Assembly: GCA_951406725.2 (NCBI GenBank)
Contig: OX597834.1
Coordinates: 31,434,001 to 31,498,000 of the forward strand
Origin: Octopus vulgaris
Lineage: Eukaryota
DNA: 64,000 nucleotides
Direction of reading: 5' to 3'
Under the pieces are notes generated by a model. The model searched no databases. It worked only from the letters and a program-made list of their open reading frames with translations, and was not told the origin of the DNA. Within the stretch, counting starts at the first letter, position 1; each line of letters starts with the position of its first letter. Shown one piece after another: positions 56,343-64,000 of this stretch. The position numbers and the translations under genes are program-made.

Positions 56343-57029
56343 TGTGTATGTATGTATGTATGTATGTATGTATGTATGTAGATAGATGGATGGATGGATA
56401 GATAGATAGATAGTAATGTAACTACATGTTGCTCATTGGTGATTTTTTCTCCTCCTCCTTCTTTGGACTTTTCCCTTTATCCTTTTCGCCCAGGAGCTAT
56501 GCACAAAATGTTAAACTCTCTCCTTTCACTGAGCGTCCAGCTAATACACTTCTTGTGCTTCTCCTCATGGATTAATCCAGAAATCAGCCTGATATGGGAA
56601 TAACTGTCTGAAAAAACAGGAAAGTGAAACTCTGAGTAAGTTTTTGTGATATTTTTGCTGCTTTATAATAAAGCATATTACTCTACCTCTGGTATTTGAG
56701 TACTATTTTTCTCCACCTTGTTTCACATTTATGTGCTTACTGATATATATATATATGAGTGAAAGAAGATGAATTTCATGAGATCTTTTATGCACGACAA
56801 CTGTTTGTACAACATCTCACCTGCGAGGTACCAGGGCACAATGGATTGAAACAAGCATAGTGAATAATGAGTTTTGTGAATTCCATTTTCTTTCTCTCAT
56901 ATTTTTGTTGACTCTATGGACACAAACAAATTCCTGAAGTAAATCCAGTGGAATACACCTCTCTACTGTTGATAACACCAGGTAACCAAGTACACTGAAT
57001 GAGCTAATGAGCTGAAGCTAGTAAAGAAA

Positions 57030-57075
<46 letters not shown>

Positions 57076-57118
57076 ATGTGTATGTGTGTGTGTATGTATG
57101 TATGTATGTATGTTCATG

Positions 57119-57680
57119 TCAGATCACTTTCGAGTGCTACTGGTAACATGTAACCCAGTACAACATGTTGCATGGTCGGGTCGTTAGCGACTAAACTGAC
57201 AACCCCACCAAGCTTGCTTAGTGAGGAGGGTGTTTATTGGACACCCTGTGGGATGAAAAACAAAACCCGTCAAAAGGCGGAGGAACTCTTGAGAGTCAAC
57301 GGCCATCCAATAAATGTCTTAAGGCTGTACCATGCGTGGGGACATAGAAATTATCGGACTGAATACCCGATCGCGCGGTTAAACCATTGGGAGTGAAGGA
57401 CTCCCAGCCTTTGTTAGGGCATCCTTCTAGAAGAAGGTAACTCAGGTAACTGCGATAACTCCGACATAAAACCTGCAGCTCAGTGGTTACCGATGATGTT
57501 GACTTGTTCTTCTTTTCGGATTATGGCTGCTGTTGCTTAGTGAGTGGGATTGACTCAGTGCACAGCCTTTCCTCACTTTAAAAAAAATATTCTTCCACAG
57601 GCATTGCACGATAACAACATTGATTAAGCTTCGTGCAATGGCCATACTCGATAACGAGGGGGTAGCCACCATGTATGTAT
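57119..57680 (+). mobile_element. Probable non-autonomous RTE-derived retroelement in a (TATG)n site
   Basis: RTE 5'UTR-like gggcatccttctagaagaaggtaactc (from recall); 3' stem-loop cattgcacga/tcgtgcaatg; ends in atgtatgtat. Confidence 0.5.
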
Positions 57681-57934
57681 GCAAATATGTATAGTAAAAA
57701 CTAAAATGACAAGTGGATGGAAATTTTTAGACTTATTAATGTACTGTGACATGTACTTCTGCATCCCACATGTTCATTCGTGAGGACTTTTTCACATCCA
57801 TAGGATATTATTAAATATCGTTTATAATATCTGTGAAGTTTGAGTATTCCTCCATACCATGTGTATGCTTCCTAGACATTTACATTAATGTAAATGCCCA
57901 TACACACAGGTATATACACATATACCACATTTAA

Positions 57935-58790
57935 CCCTTTAGCTTCTAAACTTGCCATATCCAGTTCAAATATTCTGTGTGTTTTATGTCCAAACTGCTC
58001 AGATCCAATCCCTTGCACCTACCCTACAATGTCATTCTATAAGTAAACAATCAAATCATTGAAATTTCGAAGCACTAGGTCAGTGGTTTTCAACCAGGGT
58101 TCCGCGGAACCTTAGGGTTCCGCCAGTACAGTCCAGGGGTTCCGCAAGAAGTTACAAAACTGCTAAAATCGGCAGTAATTTTTAATTCTCCTGTGCAGAT
58201 ATGTGTGCATAAGACTATTAAATTATTGCACAGGTGTTCCCCGAGCCAGTGGAATGTTTCCTTGGGGTTCCGCTCCAGCAAAATGTTTGAAAAACACTGC
58301 TCTAGGTTAATGCATTATTAATTAAAAATAATGGGAATAAATAAGAATTATGTTTGATTAGATTATCTGAATGCTAAAGAGTTAAGCCAGCTATATCTGA
58401 CCCAAATATTCGGTGGTCAAGCTGCACAGCTCTGGCTTTTCAGACCTACCTTAGATGTCATTTTAAAAATAAAATCACACAACTGAAGTCTCAAAGCTAC
58501 AAGATAATCCAGGATTAATACAAAACAATGTGAATAGATAAGCATTGCATTTGACAGTAATCTGAATACTAAAAGGGTTAGACTGACCATATCTCACTGA
58601 AATATTCTCCCTGTTTTGTGGTCAAACTGACCAGATCAGGTCTCTCACACCTACCCAACACCATCATCCCAAAAATGAACTATCACATTATTCGGATCTC
58701 AAAGCTACAAGATAATGCATGATTAATTAAAAACAATGCGAATATATAAGCATTACGTTTGACAGAATTACCTGAATGCCAAATGGTTAA
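57935..58790. mobile_element. Three tandem ~200-bp piggyBac-type MITE units
   Basis: Starts TTAA|cccttt; each unit ends ctgaatgctaaa(g/a)ggttaa-like at 58385, 58580 and 58790. Confidence 0.7.
58081..58299. mobile_element. hAT (Charlie/Buster-like) MITE nested in the piggyBac MITE
   Basis: TIR cagtggttttcaa / ttgaaaaacactg; 8-bp TSD cactaggt/ctctaggt. Confidence 0.85.
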
Positions 58791-59390
58791 GGCAACCAAG
58801 GTTAGAGCCAATCAATGAGATCAATAAAGATTGATTGACACAGGTTAATGAGGAAGACATGAATCAATGAAGTGCTTTCTACATTGTTGCTTGATCTACA
58901 AGAACAAAAAAACAGCAGCCAAATCTCCCTCCAACCACTTACATACTGATGATGATGATGATGATGATGAATGCAATTCAGGTTACAATACTCCTGAAAA
59001 TAAGCAGTGATGATCATGGCCAGAAGGTCTTTGATCATAAAACTTATAGGATCACAGCTGACTTGTGGTTAAACAACAGCAGCAGGATAGGACTCACACA
59101 ATCATGAGTATATGTGTGGTATATAAACACACATGCATACATAATAATGAAGCACACACATTTGTGTGTTTAAGCAACATGTACACCCAGTTTGAATGCA
59201 AATTAATCCCCATTGTATATATATATATATATATATAAATATATATAAAAGTAAATAAATGGTACAACGAAGTACCGATATTTATTGGAAAATAGCGATC
59301 GTAATAAATACGACGCTGTTGTATAGCTTCACTGCGTATATACTAGTAAAAACGTGTGTGTGCAACAAACATGAAAAAAATTTGTCTTAC

Positions 59391-59405
59391 CTCTAGGAAG
59401 AACAT
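59391..59405 (-). CDS. Candidate 15-nt frame-preserving microexon (xVLPR in phase 1, e.g. DVLPR, or MFFLE in phase 0)
   Basis: gtttttcatttttcag|ATGTTCTTCCTAGAG|gtaaga: consensus acceptor and donor, length divisible by 3, CpG-retaining unique flanks. Confidence 0.6.
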
Positions 59406-59693
59406 CTGAAAAATGAAAAACCTAGAAACGGATAATGCAGGACCGGTTTCAGACTCTTCAAATATGTTTGACAACGTAGATTTGATTTGTCTTCATCAGC
59501 TGCATATACCTCGACAAAATTTCAAATGTTGCCACATCTATACCAGTACACTCATCTGAACGCCAAAACGTTAACATACATATATACATACATAACACAT
59601 ACATACATGCATATATACATATGTGTATATGTGTGTGTGTATGTGTATGTATATACATATATATTGCCAGGTAGATAGATATAAATATATATA

Positions 59694-59919
59694 CAAGAGG
59701 GTACTGAAAAGTTCCCAGCTTTAAGAGTATTGTGAAAGGCCTAGGTAAAGGCCCAACCTTCCGAGTTCTTTTACGAGGCTTAGAAAAACTGAAGGACTGC
59801 TGCAATTAATGTGAATTAATGTGTGAATCTAAGAGAGAATATGTTGAATAAAATCATAATTAACTGATCCCCTTGTACTTCCTTCTACCCAAGGCCAGGA
59901 TCTTTTCAGCACACCCTCA
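59694..59919 (+). mobile_element. mariner-derived MITE
   Basis: TA|caagagggtactgaaaagttcc ... ggatcttttcagcacaccctca|TA; internal remnant FFLRGLEKLKD...EYVE* resembling a mariner transposase C-terminus. Confidence 0.8.
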
Positions 59920-59929
59920 TATAACACAT

Positions 59930-60392
59930 GATCGACCAGACTGTTGGATGCTGTTATACATCACTGGTCACAATGCACTCTGCATTGTTTTAGCTTTCAA
60001 ATGCTGCCACCCCACTGATTAGGTGAGCAGACCCATATTCCACCCTGATCGGAAGGCTGCTCCATTGCAGGGTTAACTATTTGCACCTGAGTGAACTGGA
60101 GTAACATGAAATAAAAGGTTTTGCTCAAAGAATACAATGCACTGCCTGGCATTAGTGTAGCTAGGGGTGGGGGCGGTAGGGGAAGTCCACCCTGGGTGGC
60201 ACTTTTAAAGGGGCACCACGTTTGGGTCTGCTGTAGGCAATATGCGTTTTGTGTGGGGGTCCAGGGGTGGAAAACGGAAGGGCCGCCCTGGGTGGCACAC
60301 ACTCTAGCTACACTAGTGCTGCCCAGTCCAGGAATTGAACTCACGATTCAGTCATCAAGAGTGCAACATGCCAACCACTTGGCCATGCGCCT
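59930..60392 (-). mobile_element. Family C SINE interrupted by a hAT MITE
   Basis: gagtgaactggagtaacatgaaataaaaggttttgctcaaagaatacaatg...ggaattgaactcac. Confidence 0.7.
60150..60318. mobile_element. hAT (Tip100-like) MITE
   Basis: TIR cattagtgtagctag / ctagctacactagtg; TSD ctgcctgg/ctgcccag. Related partial copy at ~8450-8578. Confidence 0.8.
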
Positions 60393-60393
60393 T

Positions 60394-60430
<37 letters not shown>

Positions 60431-60671
60431 ATGTATAGTTATAGTGTGTTATGTATTACATTAAATAAAAATAATATTTCACTTCAGTTCAATACATCAC
60501 GTTAATCAAGATGTCTCAAGGACTTTATTTAAAAGTGGCTTCTTGTTCATAAATAGCATAAATAGCTTTTCCTATATATATCTATCTACACACACATATA
60601 TATAATATATATATGATATATATATATTATCTATGATATATATACATATATATATATAATATATATATATA

Positions 60672-60828
<157 letters not shown>

Positions 60829-61271
60829 TATACATATATATATATATATATATACACATACATATATGTACATATGCATACACACACGCACACATTTATA
60901 TGTGTGGCGGTGTGTATATGATATGTATGTGTAGAACATGTATGTATATATTAAAGGAACCTGCTGCAGGGGGGATGTAAATATAGCACACATGCTATTA
61001 ATATATCTGCTATTTATAATTGTGGTGTATTTAGGGGGTGGGGGAGTCACGAATGTGTTTTGTGTGAGTGTGTGTGTGTGTGTATGTGCATATGTGTCAA
61101 TGTGTGAGTCCGTGTATATTTGTATGTGTGTATGTGTAGTGATGTATGATAGTGTGCATGTGTGTGATTTTTTTGAATTGTGATATGTGATAATCAATGC
61201 GTATGCTTATGTGTGTGTATGGTAGTGAGTGTATGTATGTATGAATGACAATGTATTGCAGTGTATGTAAG

Positions 61272-61305
<34 letters not shown>

Positions 61306-61618
61306 TGTATGACAATGTGGTATGGTCTGCGCGTATGTGTGCATGTGTTAATGCATGTGTGTGAGTGTGAATGGCGATATGATATAGTGTGTATGTGTGT
61401 GTGTGTAAATGTCTATGTATGAACGGTGATGTATAAGGTGTGTGTATGTATGTCTGCATATATTTGTATGCGTATATGAATGATGATGTCATAATGAGTG
61501 TGTGCGTATGCACTTCCGCATGTGGGGTGTGACTGTGTTGTGTGTATATGAGTAACAACGTGATACATCGTGTGTGTATGTAAGGATGTGTGTACATATT
61601 ACTCTGTATGGGTGTATG

Positions 61619-61654
<36 letters not shown>

Positions 61655-61704
61655 TATCAAATATATAGATATATATGATGTATATATGTATGCATATACA
61701 TATA

Positions 61705-61737
<33 letters not shown>

Positions 61738-61976
61738 GTATATGTATATATATGCATATATATATGTATATATACACATAGTACATCTGTGTGTGTGAAC
61801 TATGATGTATGGCACGATGATGTATTTAAATTTGTGTATGTGTGTACAGTTATATGATGTAAGAGAGTGTGTATATGTATGTGTGCATGTTTGTGTATGT
61901 GCATGTATCTCCATATTCATTTATATTGTGTGTGTGTATATATACATATGTATATATGCATATATATATATATATA

Positions 61977-62012
<36 letters not shown>

Positions 62013-62179
62013 TATACATATGTATATAAGCATATATGTATATATGTATTTATATATATATGTATATGCATATATATATGTATACATATGTATATATGCA
62101 TATATGTATATATACATATTTATATATATGCTATATATATATACATATATGCATATATATATATATATATGCATATATG

Positions 62180-62247
<68 letters not shown>

Positions 62248-62302
62248 CATATATATATATATATACACATATATACATATATATATATATATACATATAT
62301 GC

Positions 62303-62335
<33 letters not shown>

Positions 62336-62710
62336 TATAGGGCATAGTGGCTGGCAGGTTGGCAGGTGAAGGGAGAGGAGAGAGGGAGAGCAGAGAGAGA
62401 AAGAGTGAGAGTGCGTGGTGGGGTTATATTTACAATCAGTCAAGCTGCTGCTTATGTATTCTTCAAGGAGTGCCTCCTATTGTACTGCATCTTCCACTCA
62501 CTTCACTCCCTCTCCTCCCACCCCTTCACTTCTCCTTAAATCTCATCCCCCACCACTAGCTGCTCTGTCTCCCACTCACCTCTCTCCTTCTTGCTCTCCA
62601 CTCACCCCACTCCCCACAGCTTCTGCCACCAACTCTCACCCTTCTTTCCCTACCTCCTTGTATCTCCCTCTGCTCTGTGTGTGTGTGTCAGTGTATGTAT
62701 GTGTGTGTGT

Positions 62711-63035
62711 GTGAAAGCCCATGTGTGTGTGTGAGTGTATGTATGTGTGTGTGAAAGCCCATGAGTGTGTGTGTGAGTGTATGTGTGTGTGAAAGCCCAT
62801 GAGTGTGTGTGTGTGTGAGTGTATGTATGTGTGTGTGTGTGAGTGTATGTATGTGTGTGTGAAAGCCCATGAGTGTGTGTGTGTGTGAGTGTATGTATGT
62901 GTTTGTGAAAGCCCATGAGTGTGTGTGTGTGTGAGTGTATGTATGTATGTGTGTGTGAAAGCCCATGAGTGTGTGTGTGTAAATGTATGTATGTGTGTGT
63001 AAATGTATGTATGTATGTGTGAAAGCCCATGTGCG
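62711..63035. repeat. Minisatellite: 7 x GTGAAAGCCCATG separated by variable (GT/GTAT)n
   Basis: Copies at about 62711, 62751, 62789, 62859, 62905, 62955 and 63019. Confidence 0.9.
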
Positions 63036-63409
63036 TGTGTGTGTGTGTGTGTGTGTCTCCCACCATATACTACACTTGATATATTGATGTGTGTCAGGGT
63101 GGTGGAGAGAGGAGGTGTTCCCTTTTCTTACAGCTGACACTCTGTACTCTATTGTTCTTCCCTCTCTCTCTGCCTTCCTTCCTTTCTCTCTTTCTTTCTC
63201 CCCCTCTCCTTCTATCTCTCTTTCTCTTCTGCTAAAAAATCTTAGTGGCGATGGTGGTTGTGGTGGTGTGTGCAGACATACATACTTATGTGTGTATGAC
63301 TGTGTATTATATAAATACATATTGCATATGTGTATATATATATATATATATATAAATTTTCTTACTCACGTATGTGTGTGTGTGAGTGTGTGTGTATATA
63401 TATATATAT

Positions 63410-63444
<35 letters not shown>

Positions 63445-63499
63445 TGTATGCACACACACTCATATTTGGTGCCGCAAATTGGGAAATAGAATTGAAAAC

Positions 63500-63597
<98 letters not shown>

Positions 63598-63669
63598 CAT
63601 AGATAGATATACATACATACGTATATGTGCGTACACATATTCACATGTACGTACACACACAAGCACACG

Positions 63670-63708
<39 letters not shown>

Positions 63709-64000
63709 CCATTAATACCATAGTTATGGAGTTATGGGGTCACTACGTGCCTCTGTCAACAATAAACCAAACTCTATTTTCTTTCTTTCTTCCCTGATAT
63801 TTTTCTCTAAAATATGTTTAATATGTAACTAACAGGAAAAAAAAAAAACCCACACAAAAAAAACAAAAAAAACAAAACAAACCAAAAATAAAATAAAATA
63901 AAATAAAATTCTAGCTATGACATACCATAAAAACATAAGTGTCAGATAAACAAAATATCCGTTGTTTTCTTGTCTTTTCTGTTGGCCATGTGATATGTTG

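Noticed and set aside
59448-59470. Hammerhead-like TTGAAGA-gtct-GAAA-ccgg-TC on the minus strand near the microexon
   Set aside because: Core C is missing, there is no helix II and stem I cannot form.
62711-63035. CRISPR-like repeat/spacer pattern
   Set aside because: Repeats are only 13 bp, spacers are (GT)n, the context is eukaryotic and there are no cas genes.

Overview
AT-rich eukaryotic non-coding DNA, most likely large introns and/or intergenic sequence of a coleoid cephalopod such as Octopus (inferred from the microsatellite density and SINE repertoire). There is no intact multi-exon CDS, rRNA, true tRNA or CRISPR array, and almost all supplied ORFs are microsatellite artefacts. The window contains several tRNA-derived SINE families (some in tandem or inverted arrays), R4/Dong- and CR1-clade LINE fragments, a probable RTE-derived non-autonomous element, Penelope-like fragments with minimal hammerhead motifs, piggyBac/hAT/mariner/CACTA-like MITEs and a Lep1-like non-autonomous Helitron. 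Two non-repeat signals stand out. The first is a plus-strand 3' splice site and tiny exon at 5793 that can pair either with an intronic arm about 800 nt upstream (G-U-biased duplex) or with a local downstream arm, suggesting a mutually exclusive RNA switch or editing substrate. The second is a clean 15-nt minus-strand microexon candidate at 59391-59405 inside a CpG-retaining island. No host gene could be identified from sequence alone, and the two candidates lie on opposite strands.
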